Shown: in pieces, positions 27,141-42,221 of the stretch
How the letters are laid out: each line of letters starts with the position of its first letter
How positions within the stretch are numbered: the stretch's first letter is position 1
Source: Lytechinus pictus
Lineage: Eukaryota
Assembly: GCF_037042905.1 (NCBI RefSeq)
Contig: NC_087245.1
Span: 26,538,001-26,602,000, forward strand
Length of the DNA stretch: 64,000 bases
Direction: 5' to 3'
The notes under the pieces: model-generated
Seen by the model: the letters and a program-made list of their open reading frames with translations, nothing else
What the model was told of the DNA's origin: nothing
Database searches by the model: none
Position numbers and translations under genes: made by a program

Positions 27141-30100
27141 TACATTTGGCATAAACATGGGGGGCGGGGTGGGGCCATAATCCTGGCATCTTTGTGGAAG
27201 CGGGGGGTTATTTGTACCAAAATGAGGCATACCCCTATATTTCAAATTTAGTGTACGACAGGGGCGGCGGAACGTATTTTCGTTTGAGGGGGGAGCAAAA
27301 AAGGGCACTTATGTGTCTAAATGGGTATTTTCGAGCAAATGTATATTTTCACCATGATAATTATCATCTGTGTTAAGTAGTTGTGTGTTTTGCAGTAATC
27401 AAGTTTATCAAAACCTTCTTGAACTTATTTCTGATGGTAAGTCATATATTTAGGATTTACCTTTTCCGCAAGAGAGCGTAGCCAGCGAGCGGTTTGAAAT
27501 TTTTTCAAATCTGAAGTTGTCAAACTTGCTTTTTGGTCAATTATGGCGCTATTTACTGTTAAAAGGGCATCATTGCGAGGTGTTGCGAGCGTGAATCACG
27601 AGCTCAAACTTTTGGACATTTCATGTAATAAGACATGAAAATTAAACATTCCGAGCAGTTTTTGTAATCATGAAAAAAGATGTGTATCTAACTAAGAAAT
27701 TATTTATTCTTTAATATACTGACCAGAAAAAGTAAGCTGGACTGCATTTAGTGAGTGCGAGCCCGAAGCTCGAACTGAAAATTTATGATATTCCAACGTG
27801 AAAACTGGACATTCTAAGCATTTTGTAACCATCATGAACATGATGAATACCTCACTTAACAAAATAATATTGATGCGAGTGCGAAGCGCGAGCCAGAACA
27901 TTATTATCTTAAATAAAGAGTATTCAAGATATTTCCTTTCTACAATAGTTTCCTTTTCATTTGCATCATTGTGCTATTTCCACGTTTTTAAACCTGTTTA
28001 TGGATGTTAATATTGTGGCCTATGATGGCCTATATCATTTTGATAAAACATCCTTATTCCCGATAATCATGATCCCATTTTTTTCTTCTCTTACCTCACC
28101 TTTAACAAGTGAACGAATGAGTTTCATTGAACAAAATCTGGACTGTTTAACCATGATTTGCTCTTTATATTTCTTTTTCCTTTTTTCTAAACGTTTAATA
28201 ATTTGCCCTTATCATCAATATGCATATCATTCTAAACGACTGAAGCAACCTTTTCAAGGTTCGCTCACAACGCTTACCGGATTTCTCCCATAATAACACA
28301 TCCCTTGAAAGACGATTTTGTTCATCATTTTGTCTCCCAAATATTGAAATTTCGCTCACTCGCTTCGCTTGCTCGCATATACTATTTAGAATTTTTACTG
28401 TATATACCAACAAATCTATTACAGCCAAAATAAAAATCGCAATCGGCCTTTAAGCTGAAGATGTTAGTATTATGTACAGCGGCGTAACAGGGGTCGGTGG
28501 CCAGGGGGAGCAAGAGCCAAAAATTTTCCGGTCATATCATGGTATGAACAGGCGTAATGGTGTAATGAGGCGACGATTTTGAGAGGGCCAGATTTTGCGT
28601 ATCAGGCCGAATTTATCTTTGAAAAAAAAAAAAAGTTGCGAGCGAGAAAATTTTTTGACATCTTTAATGCAAAAATCCAATTTTTTGATAGATTTTGACA
28701 AGATATCCAGAGAATAATATATTTCACTCTTATCTGTTTCCATTCCTTTTTTTGTGGTCTGTATGCCACTGTAAACATGATTCTTTGCGGCAGTAGCGTG
28801 AAGAGCAAAAAAAAACGAGAGGCGAAGTATGGTGCAAGTGCTAAAAAGCTGCTTAATATAAGTCCCGAGCGAGCGAAGCGAGCGAGAATTAAAATCACAT
28901 TTTCAACTTTGAGATATTTTTTGACATTATATTCAGTAAATAAAATCATATCCTACACTTTTCCTTTGGTTTTCTTTCCTCCTTTTTTTTCTTGGTTGTA
29001 GAATTTTTGGGGACCATGGCCCAACCCTTCCATACTCATAAACGGCAGTGCTATGCGGTTGGGGTCCGTCTGGAGCCCCCGGAACTTCTTGATATAAAAG
29101 CCATTTAAACCTCGCAGATTGCTGCTATTTTTAATCAAATCGCGGGTATGTATAGCATATAGCTTTTACACAACACATTTATTCAACCCAGTTGAACCAA
29201 ATATTTTGAGGGGGCAAAACATAGCAATGTGGGAAAATTTGTAAAAAGTCGCCAGTGAGCAAAACGAGCTGAAAAAAATGCCTATTGAAATTAAATTTTA
29301 ATAATGTGATAGATATCCATTATTCAGCAAATAACACATTTCATTGTTACCATTCATTTCATTATACGTTGTCTCCTATAATTTCTTTTATTTCCTCTTG
29401 GGTGTGAAACCAAGACCCCCCGCGCCTGTACGCCAGTGATTGAACGTAAAGCTTAATCTAGGAAGGGTCCCTACAGGGGGCGTTATAGATGAAGAGCCCC
29501 TACTGCGTGGGGTCTGGGGCAAAGCCCCAGTAGCTTAATTGCAAAAAATTTAGCAAGCTTATAGCACAATGTTGTATGCAGTCCATCTTTCTTCCCGCTC
29601 TTTATTTTCTATCCTCGGCATCCCGGTCATTTTATTAAGTTTTTTTGTCTTGTCCCTATTCTTTGTTTTCCAATTTAGCTTTTGACTAATTCCATTCTAC
29701 TTTCATTTCCCGCTATTGTTTGCCCTTTTGTCACCTTTTAATTTATTTCCCATCATGCTATTGCATTACATATGCCTATTTCGGAATGATTTGATCTTTC
29801 TCAAATGTTCTTTCGTTCCTTTTCCCGCTTTCCTTCCTCTTCCATTAAAAATATTTTTTTCTTCGTTTTCTTTTCACTTTCCCTTTCCTTTTTCCTTTCC
29901 TTTTCCTCCTTTCCTTTTCCCCTTTCCTTCCCCTTTCCCTTTCTTTCTCCCCCTTTTCTTTTTTTCCCGTTTTTTTATATTTTCCCAGTGAAATCCGCCA
30001 GGGGGGCAGCTTGCCCCCCTGCCCCTCCCCGCCTGTTACGCCACTGATTATGTACACATTTACAATATATACTTCATATGCATTTCCCGTGATGTGATAG

Positions 30101-33100
30101 TTACGTACACACCTCTTGAACGAGGTTTTTGGACCCCATTCTGTCTTTCAACTACTAAAAATTTGCTCGCTCGCATATTTTTTTATCAATTGTAAATCAC
30201 TACTTTATATCACAACAGACCCAATACAATATAGCCATTGAAAAAAAGCGTCATAGGCTTTTTACTGAAATATGGTAGTATTATGTACAAGTCAAAAATT
30301 ATATATCCCGCGTATACACAGCCCTTGCAGGGGTGTCCCCCAAATTTTTAAATTTCAGGTCAATATATTGCTATCACCCCCCCCCCCCCCTCCTGCTCGG
30401 ACCGGATTTACGCTAGTGGCAGGCTCACGTAACAGACCGAAGATACGTTCGCTTGCTAATGTCAAAATTTTATGTCATTCTTTATGCCAATGAGATTTTT
30501 TCATATGTAAAAAATACTTTTAAGATGCTACTTAACTCATTATTTACTCACTCGCCTGATATATACTGATTGTTCAGTTGACAATGTCGTTTACAAGCAA
30601 ATATTATTCTTACCTTATACTGATTTCTTCTTAAACCGTAAAATTCGTAAGCTATCGGAAATCTTGTTTATCACCATGCCCTTCCCGTAAAAATCACGAT
30701 AAGTGTCACATTATAATAAAAATAGAAGCATTACCGAGATCTTTTGTTTGTCAATATGTAATAAATCTGTTCATTGTTTTGATTAAAAAGAGGCAATAGA
30801 CAAGAAGGTGAGATGATGATGAGATAAATATCAAAAGGTTCTCTGTGAAGAATAACCAAGATCAGCTTTGAGCACTCGATATCTAACAAGATTTATGTTT
30901 TTCTTTTGTACGTAAGTTTGTTTCGGTCAAACGGAAATAAATTTTGAAAAAAAATCTAACATAATTATCACCCCTAACTCTGGCCTCTAATTTCCGAGGG
31001 TGGTCTGGAGAGTTTAAATCAATATATTCGGACATGGTTTAGAAATCCAGGGCATTGATAGGCGCATCCCCCCACACACGCACCACACCTTTAAAAGCTT
31101 CTCGAAAGGGGCCGCGATCCCAGGGGAGTGGGGGACGTGACCCCCTTGAATTTCGTATACAGCAGCCTATGGAAGAGTGTCATCTGCCCACCCCCCCCCC
31201 TGTCTCCCCTCTCCCACCAATATCTCACTAAATCACCGCGCATGGTTTATCGATATACCTTGCTTTTAGCATTGTCTCGCAATTGCTTATTAAATTTTAG
31301 AATCCCGAGGAACAAACGATATGCAAACATGATCTACATGGGATGGTTGCGGGGATATTAAAAGGGGAAATAAACCCCGATGAGCTGCTGCTTGAGTAAA
31401 TACCATTAGTGTCGGTTTAGTTAATTACTTGTTAGCTGAATATCCGTATATAATATGAGAAGGCTTTGTATGCAGATAAAAATTCTGGGAATGAGAGAGA
31501 AAATCATTCTTTAAGGGATTTCGTAACTTTGGAAAGTACTTGTCAGTCTGCTGCAAGCTCTATGTTAAGTGTTGTAATGAAGCCCTTACTTGTAGTTTTC
31601 GCTAAATAGTATTGTTATGCGCTTCATAAATGTTTTTTTTTTCTAAATTTGAGAGATATGAAATGCCACACTGTTTACCTCACTGCGAATAATGCAGTGT
31701 ATTATGCGAATAAAAAAGAAATGTTAGATTTTGTGAAAAAATGAAAAATTAATTATGCTCTAAGGTGTTCTCTACCAGATAACACCAAATTGTGTTCATG
31801 CTTGACCGAACATTGACCCTTTTTCACAAGTAAGGTGTCAAAATGGCTTGAGCCATATTAACTTAATTGGCGTGTATGAAAAATAAAAATAATTAAGCGA
31901 AACCCTCTAAAAATACTGTTCTCGGCACACAATAGTTATGTATGATTATGTTTGATGTATGTGTCGATTGTATTCAATATTTCAATTTATATTATTTTGT
32001 TTCATGCATGATCAAGGTTCATAATAAAATGCGTAACAACCTTTTTTAACCAGTAAGAACTTGACCAAACATTTTACTAAAAATGTTATGCATCATCAAA
32101 GCTATATGGCCGTCATTCACTTAGGAAGAAAAGTGCCAAATTAATTATATTTTTTTAATGTTATGTCAATAAAGCTGCCCAATAAACAATATCTTCTATT
32201 AAAATGAATATTCTTTCATTTTTCTCCGCCTTTTTCGCAGAGTCATACTCAATTAAAGTCTCTCATTAAAAAGGCTGGTAATTTAGTTTATTCCATATTG
32301 TCTGTATCCGTTTTCATGTATATTTCCAGCAATATATCTTGCAGGTAATTACACATAGATAATCCTCAGTCGAGCGAAGGCAAATATGGTAGAATTGCAC
32401 TCATGATAATTGACATGCAATACCTTTTAACCAACACAAATATAAATGAATGCAAAGAGCAAATAATTTTTATGGGGGTATCAAATTCAGACTGGGGCTT
32501 TCATTGTACCCAGTGGTATAATGAGCTAAAATATTTGAGGGAGCTACATATGGCGTATCGCGTAAAATTTATAAAATGCTGCGAGAGAGCGAAGCGAGCA
32601 AGCGAGCATAAAATTTCGATATTTTTATTAAAACAATCAAATTTTGTGGTAGATTTAGACATAATATTCAGTAAATAATATTATATTTCACCCTTCTTTC
32701 TTTCCTTTTCTTACCTTTCACTTGTTTTTATTGGTCGTGATTTTTTTGGGGGCGGAGCAAGAGCCCCCCCCCCCATCTGTACGCCACATATTGCGCCCAT
32801 TTTAATCACTGGCTTAGATCCATTATTGCAAATCGAGACGAGAAAAGTGTTCGTCGTTTTCGTATGATCTGATAGATGAGACTTAAGAACATCTGTCGTT
32901 CAAAACAGAATTATTTCTTATTTTGAAATACTATATAATATTGAAAACCGTTACGCACTATCATCCTGCTGAAAAATAAGTTGAGTTAATACTTAAATGA
33001 ATAATTCTTAGCATTTCGATTATCGCGATCGTTTTCCTCGAATTTTTGGTCAGTTGCGTCAAAATCCAAGTAGGCCTACCATTACCAAAACGGAATAATT

Positions 33101-33605
33101 ACATCAAAATAATATTACAATATAAGATTTTCGAAAGTTTAATGTGAGGTTATTGGTATTGCAAAAACTAAATGAAAAGAAACGCTTTGGGCTCTTTTTT
33201 TTTTTGTTGATGGGCTTGATTTGGGTGCTATTATCACGAGTGTTCTATATATTTTATCTCAGAACAAGCCTTTTGTAAAAGTTAATAATGAATTTTAATT
33301 TGAGCAGGGTAATTATCCTAATATAAGAATGACGAGCACGGCGCCCGTTTAAAATGAGTAAGCATGGGTCGAGTAAATGCAGTCATTTGGGGGAATTCCT
33401 TATAATAATTTCTAGCCACATTTGACCAGAACACCACCATTTATGACAAGAATAATTGTAATCTTGTCCATAAAGAAAAATCTTGCAAAAAAAAAGACAC
33501 AATTTTAGGTAGAGCGAAATAAAAAAATATATGCATTTTTCACGCACCACAAGGGGCATCATCGAGGTATTCTGCTAAAGGAAGCGGCGGTAGGGAGTTG
33601 ATTTA

Positions 33606-34018
33606 AGGCGACCGCACACCTTGCGATTGGTCTGCGACTCGATTTTGGAATAAAACGTAGTATAATTTGATGCTAATATTGAGACTTGGAATATCTTACT
33701 GTGTAACGTTCGAAATCATCGTACGAATACCTGTGTTCAAATCTGTGACTATGCTATCATCCGTCTTAGAATAAAAGCATATTTAATATCTAGTCGTAAT
33801 GACGTCATAGCAGTCGTACGATTGGCTACGATTTGAAACTGATTTGGCCTTTACTCCAAAATAACGGCTTACAATCTTACAAAAGGTTATATTAGTATTC
33901 TTTCAATTAATTTAACCTCATATAAAATGATATGTTCCATTCATATTTTCAGAAAATGAGCAAAATGCGATTTGTTCCAATATCGGATCGCGAACAGTCG
34001 TAAGGTGTGCGGTGGCCT
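33606..34018. mobile_element. PIF/Harbinger-type MITE
   Basis: ~21-bp TIR AGGCGACCGCACACCTTGCGA / TCGTAAGGTGTGCGGTGGCCT; 3-bp TTA TSD on both sides. Confidence 0.85.
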
Positions 34019-37000
34019 TTAAAGATGACTTCATTTTATCCTCAGTTTTTAATATTTTTCTTTAATCTTTCTTCTCTATTCATCCGTTCCTCTTTTATCT
34101 ACCTTTTTTTTCTTTTTCACTCCTTGGAAAAAACGGGGACAGTCGTCTCTGCTCTCTGGAGCTGGAGATAATGTGAGAGACTGAAAATATTGAATTTAAA
34201 AAAAAAAAAAATCTGACATGGAAAAAACAATAGCCACCTGTCCTACCCACCTATTTTTATTTTTTTTAAGACAATCACTTGTTTTAATCAAGCCTCTTCC
34301 TTGCCTACCACGTTTCTAAGCTATCAGTTACTCCCTTATTATGTATACTTTAAAAGATGTGATTCCTTTATTAACATAATAATTCGAAACGATATTTATT
34401 GTAGAAAAAATGGGCATACACCACATTTCTCACATACATTATTCACATATTTATAATTAAATAATGATATAAATGAAATAAATGAAGTAAAAAATACCTT
34501 GTGATTCGAAAGATCCGAGGGAATTCTGCGAAAGAAACTCTTTGGCACCGATGGGATGGCGATCTGCAGTGAGCTGCACTGGAATTGGTGGCATCAATTA
34601 AAAACATATATATACCTCCGAGTCGATCCTTGGTCAGCATTTACCAATTAGACTAATTGGCATTATAGAAGACAATATTCAATAGGACACGGGAACGGAC
34701 AAACTAAGTCCATTTTCTGCGCGGTGATCATGGGAAATTGAGAAGCTGTTGATGAGTGTTGGATGCCGACGCAAAGGCAAAAAATCGTCTTCGATTTAGT
34801 GTTGTTTTTTTTTTTACAGGAGCCGGGGATTGGGGGTGGGGGATGGGCTGCATCCTCCCTATTATTTAAATTAAATAATATGTACCAAAATGAAATTGTC
34901 ATCTGATTTTTATTTTGTACGTGGTCACCCCCCCCCCCTTGAAAACTGTTCCGTGATCCATGTTTTATGCCCCAAGAAGTATCGCATAACAAATCTAGTA
35001 TAGCGGCAAAGCCAGCAATCTTGACTTTTTCTTTCTTCGAATTTATACGAGGCCTAAACGTATATCATAGGCGGATCCAGCTTTTGGCGAAAGGGGGAAG
35101 GGGGGTTCGCGTACTGCCGAGCGGCGCACATATTTTTGCACTTCACCGGCGCCATAAAAGATGATGTTGAAAAAGGGGTAAAGTCTGACCCTGCCAAATG
35201 CTTTTTTCAAAATGTAGGATTTCCAGTCATGCCATTTTGCATGACCACACGCAGATAATATTTCCGGGGGGGGGGGGCAAGACTCGAACATATTTTTGAA
35301 AAACTAAAATAAAAACGATAGAGTAAACGGACCGAGCTGCTCAATGGGGCGATTATTTTTTTTTTACAAGTGTAATAAAAGTATTTGGTACACATCTCAC
35401 ATTTGCAAATTTTTCATAGTTTTCATGAAATGTTAAGGAAAAAATGTGTTTTCATAACAGCTGATCGGGAATTTGCCCCCCCCCCTTCCCCCTTGCTGCG
35501 TACGACCATTCCCTGAAGTCCACTTAAACATATATCTCATTATAACAGAAAATATACATCAAAATTATTTAAACATAAAAACTTATTAAAGAAAGAAACA
35601 AGCAAAAAGTAACACAAATTATGCATGTTATGTGCAATTTCAAAATCTCGTGTACTAACCCTTTTATTGCGATGAGGCCAATACTTTTGTATATTAATTG
35701 AGATACAAGTTTTTTTTTAACTATATATATACAATGATATTACATCATGAATCATTTGGAATACATCACCAATCCAGGTTTATATATTATCATTCAATTT
35801 TCATGTACATGATGTATAGGCCTATATACAGAATTTGGTATTTATATATATATTGTGATGCTTTTCACTAAATCTAATGCAGTTCGTAATGATGAGTAAT
35901 TTTTATCTAATTACTTTGATGAAACTGGATATAATGCTTCTGACCTGAATTCAGAAAGAGATCCTTCAAGACAGAGCTTTGGAAATAGTTCTCGAGTTTT
36001 ACAGGTATCGTTATCTTTGTTTTTAACTTCTTCCTGAGTGATCAGATGAATAATATTTAACTTAATGGAAGATGAAAATAAATCAAATTTTGTGGCGTAA
36101 ACATTTAAACGTTAAAACAAAGGTATTGACAAACTGTATTTATACATTGAAAACGATATTTAGTGGTTTAAGGTCTAATGAATATACGTCTGGTTGCGTA
36201 ATTATACACTCCCGGTATTAGCAACGGGTTTTAGCAAAGTTTTGGACTAAAATATCGAATCATCTTCATAAAACACTATAGTCATGATAGTAGCTGTCTT
36301 ACAATAAAGGCCATAGAGGTGGCACAATGTGGAATGTGTAAAAAAGAAAAGTGACTGACCCTTTTCTTATTAAAGCATTGGAAAATAAGATCAGAATTAA
36401 AGGATTTGCTCTACACTTTTGTATGATTCTGGGATTTTTTAAATAACAAATTAAAGATTTCATGACATCTGTGGGCAACTGCCCCGCCCCAGTCCACTCT
36501 ATAAGGGCATGTGATAAGCTTTGTTATTCGTTATGACTATTCAACAATAAAATGTATAACCATGCAGGTGCCGCTGATCATTCTTGACCGGCGCCGATCT
36601 AGATTTGGTTGGCAATAGGCCCTCCAGTTATATGCAGGTAGCGCACTGCTGATTATTTTTAACTGGCGAAGTTGTTGGGAAAAGGGTAGATAAAAGAAAA
36701 GATCGATGATATGATTGTGCTTTGCTGGGGGATAGTCTTTCCTTTACTGTTGCTAATATATCAGTGTAAATTTTTTTTAAGCGGCACCTTTTCTTTTCTT
36801 TCCATTATTTTTATTTTTTCAAGCGGTGCCTTTTCTTTCTTTTACTTTCTTTTATTTTTTTTTGAGCGGCGCCTTCGGCGTCGCTCAAATATTAGGGGGG
36901 GGGGGCGTGCGCCCCCTGTGCCCCCCTGTGCCCCCCTGGATCCGCCACTGTATATCCTACATGTACCTTTGAAATCAGGGTAAGGCTTAAAAAAACATAA

Positions 37001-38594
37001 TTAAGAGTTGAAATTCATCAGAGTTTATTGTCCGCACACTCCTCTCATTCACCTGACATTAATAATCTAATATTGATTATTCGGCTGTTTTTTTTAATTT
37101 TTATATATATAAAAAAAAATGAAATTAATCTGAAAACATATTCTTAACATTTTGGTAAAGTTGTAATTCTTTAATAAGTACAGGGGCATATTGGAGCTTA
37201 TTGAACTCAAATGATCTTAGTTAACCTGTCATTAGTGATAGCTGATGGAATAAGACTTCAAATTTTAGTTTACTGACCTAATATAAACACTTTCATCTAA
37301 CTAAACAGTGTCTTCTGTCATTTCAAAATATATCAAACTATCACATTCCGGCCTCACCAAAATAATCCTGACAAAATACATCCAACATATAGTATCCAAT
37401 ACCGCGTATATCATTTTAGTCAGGGAGATGTTTACAAAAAGCATTAGTTTCCAGATCGGAAATGAAAATAACAACTATCCACGACTGTGATTTAGGTAAG
37501 CCAATTTTCCAAAATTTTGCACGTAGGCCTGTATATCTCAGTTTTCATCTGCAGCTTTGTAATGTAACATGCCACACCACTTTACTGTCAAAATCAATCT
37601 GCGGTCCTTGATCAGAAAAGTTTGACAAATTTGGTTGGCATCGCGAAATATCGACAGAACGGATTTAGTTTTCAGAGATAACGGACTTTTTTCAAAGCAC
37701 ATGCTAATTTTCATCTATCTCACTCTCATCATGAATGCTTTGGGGTTAAGGCCCCCCCCCCCCCCTTCTGCTGGAGTTAGACCAAATTTGATATGGATCT
37801 CATTAAATGAATGATGCGAGAGTGAAGCGCGAGCTGATTTATTTTTTTGGGGGTGGGGCAATTTAAACTTAAAAACAGGACATTTTAAGCACTTTTTGTA
37901 CTCATGAATTGGATGCGTTTCTAATAACACAAGTATGCAAAGCGAGAGCTGTGTGAATTTGAGTATATATATATTTCTTCTTCTTTTTCCACTTCCCTTC
38001 CCTCTCCATTTTTTAAAACACTTTTTCTCATCCCTTCTAGTTTAGTTGCGCCACCGAAGGGGAAAGGTGCTCGATCGACTCCCTGGATGTACTTATACAC
38101 AGATATATATTGGCATAAAATGTAGAACAGAATTAAAGTTCGAGTGTTACTAAATGTCCTATAAATGGCGCCCAAGCCCCGGCCCCTATTGTACCTTTCC
38201 CCAATATTTAGTGGTGAATATTAAGCCCCGCTATATTTGCTTAGCCTTTGGCATGCAGATATTTTATTTGATCAGGTGCAATCAGGCCTATATATTCATG
38301 TAAAATCGCAAAAGTCATCCCATGCAACAGATTTATATTTTATATTATCCACATAATTACCGTTTTAGGTCATACACATTCCTATAACTTAAGTGATAAA
38401 TTTAGTGGGAAAGTGCACGCATAAGCCTAAGGGGTATCAAGTGTGGGACTCTGACTCTCTCCGAGTCTGAGGGAGAAAAGATTTTTTTTCTTTTTAGTTT
38501 GCACCTTGGAGATGCAATACGTATTGAGACCTTCAGTGAATGTTTGTATTATCTCCTTCAATTATTCTCGATTAAACTGTCAAAATAATGCAGT

Positions 38595-40381
38595 ATGGAG
38601 ATTATCAGGCGAATTGTTACACGAATGAAACTCCTGAGGAGATACAAGATCAGCACAAACACAAGACAACGAATGGTGGCTCTGATCTGCTGTCTATTTC
38701 TCGTTCAACTATTTGCTCTGACGTTTGGACAAACACTGATTTTTATGTGTGGGACTGCATTGGGGGTGTTCTGTGCTGTGAAACTTCGGGAAAAGCCCTC
38801 TGTTGTTCAGTGGGAAAGTGTCATTCCTTTCCTTCCCCATGTTGCAAAAGACAGGGATCTTCTCCAAATTGACAATGAAAAGGATAAAGGTGATCACAGA
38901 AATGCAGTAAATGGAGCTTGTGAAGAGTTAAAAGAAACCATTCAGCCAATAAAAATAAGAACGACTTTCCAAAATGAAATGAACGAATACATTCGACTGA
39001 TGTTGCGTGACTTTGTTGTTGGATGGTACAGGCTTTTAAGCGATGATGATCAGTTCTCTCACAATGTATTTCTACATTTCAAGGACATGATAAAGAACAT
39101 CAAAAGTAGATTTCTCAAAATTGATCAAAGAACTTTTCTTTGCATTCTCCTTCGTGAGCTTCAAGCTCACATTGACATATATCGCAGACTACAAACAAGC
39201 CGATCTCGCTTAGCCAGTAAATCTAGTAAGTTAGGGCGGATCGCTAAGAAACACTCTGTTGTGTCCATTTATGAAACCTTTGCGACCCTCCATCCAGCAT
39301 TGCAGAATGAAGATACTGAGAAAGATCACCTCTCGCAGTTATCTAATGCCTTAATTCTTTCCCTCTTGCCATCTGATGTGATTCACTGTGATACTCTAGT
39401 GTTCCTCTTACAGGACATCCTTATCAACAATGTCCTGCAACCTCTGGTAAATCTCATTTCGGAGCCAGACTTCTTAAACGAGGCATTCATTCTCCTGATG
39501 ATAGATGAGCCACTGGGGGAGGGCAGGCAGAATTCATCTGAACATGCTGAAAGGCTTGTGAAACGGGAACCAACACATCCTCCTGAAATCGAATGTGAAA
39601 TTGAAAGCAAGTGTGATAAAGATCTCCAAGACAATAGACATAGAAGTGACATGGAAAGTCTTGATATTGCCGTATCGCCTAGTAGTAGTACTGCAGATTC
39701 TCGGGACTTGGGGCAAAATGCCAGTACTTCAACTCATGGTCAGAACAGCTTACTGAATACAATAGATACAGAGGTCAATATACAACATCCACCTGATAAC
39801 GGTGGAGATGAAATGATAGAGGTTGAGAAACCAACACCATCTCCATTTGAAGTCATTGAGCCTCAACAACAGTTCAGCTTTCCCATGCCAATGACGATGC
39901 TAGAACCTAGCAAGGTCATTTCAAGGCAGGCAGATGAAAAGGCATCCAAAGAAGATGGACTAGATCAGATATCCGGAGAGCTGGATTTTCCAAATGTAGA
40001 ACCAAGTTTAAAGGTCAAATCTCATCGGCGGTCTGCCTCCACGGGTTCGAATGTCCTAGCCATTCAGACTCCCGTGTCACAATCAGTTGGGACTTTCCAT
40101 GACCATAAGGCAAATGATGCTTCTCTCCAGTCATCCAGAATTGAAGGTATGAGGTCTTGCTTCAGTGCTGAGTGCCTTACAGAGTTAGAGGATTCTGTCT
40201 CGACTTCTCAAGGGACGCTACTTACCATGGGGCAATCATTCCAATCAGCGTCTTCCCTGAGCAGTTCATGTGAGATATCTTTCAGCTCTATGCAGGATGA
40301 GCCAGACACCGATGGACACCCAGTTAATGCAGAGGCAGATATTGGACGTGGTTCTCCCCAACAAACTTCTCCTAGTCACAG
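38595..40381 (+). CDS. SNX19: Sorting nexin 19-like, coding exon 1 (N-terminal membrane anchor, PXA domain, low-complexity linker)
   Basis: Hydrophobic N-terminus; PXA motifs RDFVVGWYRLLSDDDQF, LHPAL and LQPLVNLISEPDFLN; donor CAG|GTATAC (phase 2) matches the next exon. Confidence 0.88.
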
Positions 40382-40398
40382 GTATACAAGTAATAAAT

Positions 40399-40756
40399 CA
40401 GAGTTCCCAGCCCATCAGGGAAAATTATTTTACTCTTTTCCAATCAGGGAAAATCAGGGAATTTGATAAAAAAATACCTCAAATCAAGGAAAATGTCTCA
40501 AATGAGGGAATAATCAGAAATTAATCGACCCAAAAGTTGGAGGCACGGTAGTCAGTCATATTTTGTTGCATATTCAAATCAACATCCATTGAATGACTGG
40601 TTACAGTGTTTTTTTTTGTGTGTTTATTTTACATGTAATTCACTGCAACAACTTACATGTAGAAAACATGCATAACTGGGAATGATTTTGAATAATTATC
40701 AGGAAATCTTTAAACTTCATCAGGGAATTTTGTTTTCTTGAAAAGCTGGGAACCCT
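40399..40756. mobile_element. MITE with CAGGGAA subrepeats
   Basis: TIR CAGAGTTCCCAGC / GCTGGGAACCCTG, flanked by ATAAAT on both sides. Confidence 0.7.
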
Positions 40757-40896
40757 GATAAATTTCAGTGGCAAAGTTTCTTTATCAAATGCAGCAAGCG
40801 TGTATAGACTTCACACAAGATTTAGTCGGATACATTCCATTTATTGGTATTGCATCAGAGTGATCAGACCTTAATTTCAACAGCAGATCTAAATTC

Positions 40897-42221
40897 GGGC
40901 AAGTCCAAGAAAAGGTCACCCTAGAAGGCAAAATTTCATCTTTAATTCAAGAAGTTATCTTTGGTGGGGTAAGAAATCCCAAATGTTGAATTTTTAAATT
41001 TCATTATGAAAAATTTGATGATATATTTAGCATATTTATGCTAATTTGGGGAACCTAATTTGCATAATTGGTAAAATGGGCATTACGTATGGGACAATTA
41101 TAAAAACTCATGGAAAATCAAAACAAAACTTGTGAGATTTAGTCATAGGTGGGACATGGACCTCCTAACATCTTATTACTTTAGGGGGGAAAAAGTGGTG
41201 TCATCTCATTAAACATGCAAATTAGGTCTTGTCCAAGGATGGAATGTCCCATACGTAACATTTTGAGGATGTGTTTTTAAGTTATTTCTCATAATACAAT
41301 ACTTGTATTGTTGCATCTCTGTGAAGTTCTAATTTATTAAGTATGAAAATGTTATACCACAAAAAGTTTCAAAAGTATAGTTTACTTTTTAATTTAAAAC
41401 ATGTTACGTATGGGACATTTACACACAATGTCAATGGGGAGATTTGTGTACAAAGTGAATGGAGAAAAACAAATTTTAAGAGTGCTCTAAAAAGTGATTT
41501 TTACCTTTTCTTTAGTTTTTAAAGACTGATTTGTTATGAATACTGATTAATGAAAACAATCGAAGCGAAAAAATTGTGAAAATGGAAAAATATGAAAAAA
41601 ATAAAAAACAATAGAAATGCATAAGAAATTTTAATGAAACCATTAAAAACATGAAAAAAAATTGTTGAAATGGCTTATTTCCTTTTTCAGTCATATCAAA
41701 TATATCTCGATAGAACATTTGAAAAAAAAACTCATTTTGTTATTACCATATTTTTAATTATTTTAATTCTTGAAATTATGGGGAAAATTGTGTACGTTAT
41801 CTATGGGGACAAAATGTCCCATACGTAACATGTCACTAATTTTTTTAATTAGAGTTTGTAATTAGAGGATTTTGGCTTCTGACATGAAACTTGCCTTAGA
41901 TATAGGCCTACTAGAGTGTTGTGACTTCTATCACACTAAGTTATAAGTTGTCAAATGAAATACCGGTACTTTCAGTGAATTCTCAACTTGAAAAAAATGT
42001 TTCAAAAATTGTCTTTTCTGCGTCCCATACGTAACGGCACATCTTTTCTCTCTAAAAGGTCAAGGTCATATGTCACCATTTTTTGCATGATTATTCTTCT
42101 CCTTGATGTCTACCATTATGAGGGAATTCAATCTAATTATAGTCATTTAACACTATTTTTCAGGTCATTAAAGCCTCTGAAATGTCCCATACTTAACACA
42201 TGTTAATTCTTGGACTTGCCC
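40897..42221. mobile_element. 1.3-kb non-autonomous TIR transposon with 4-bp TSD (Sola-like)
   Basis: Perfect 15-bp TIR GGGCAAGTCCAAGAA / TTCTTGGACTTGCCC; TSD ATTC; internal repeats TGTCCCATACGTAA in both orientations. Confidence 0.85.

Noticed and set aside
40382..40466. C-terminal end of the 623-aa ORF
   Set aside because: It is read-through past the exon-1 donor into a MITE.
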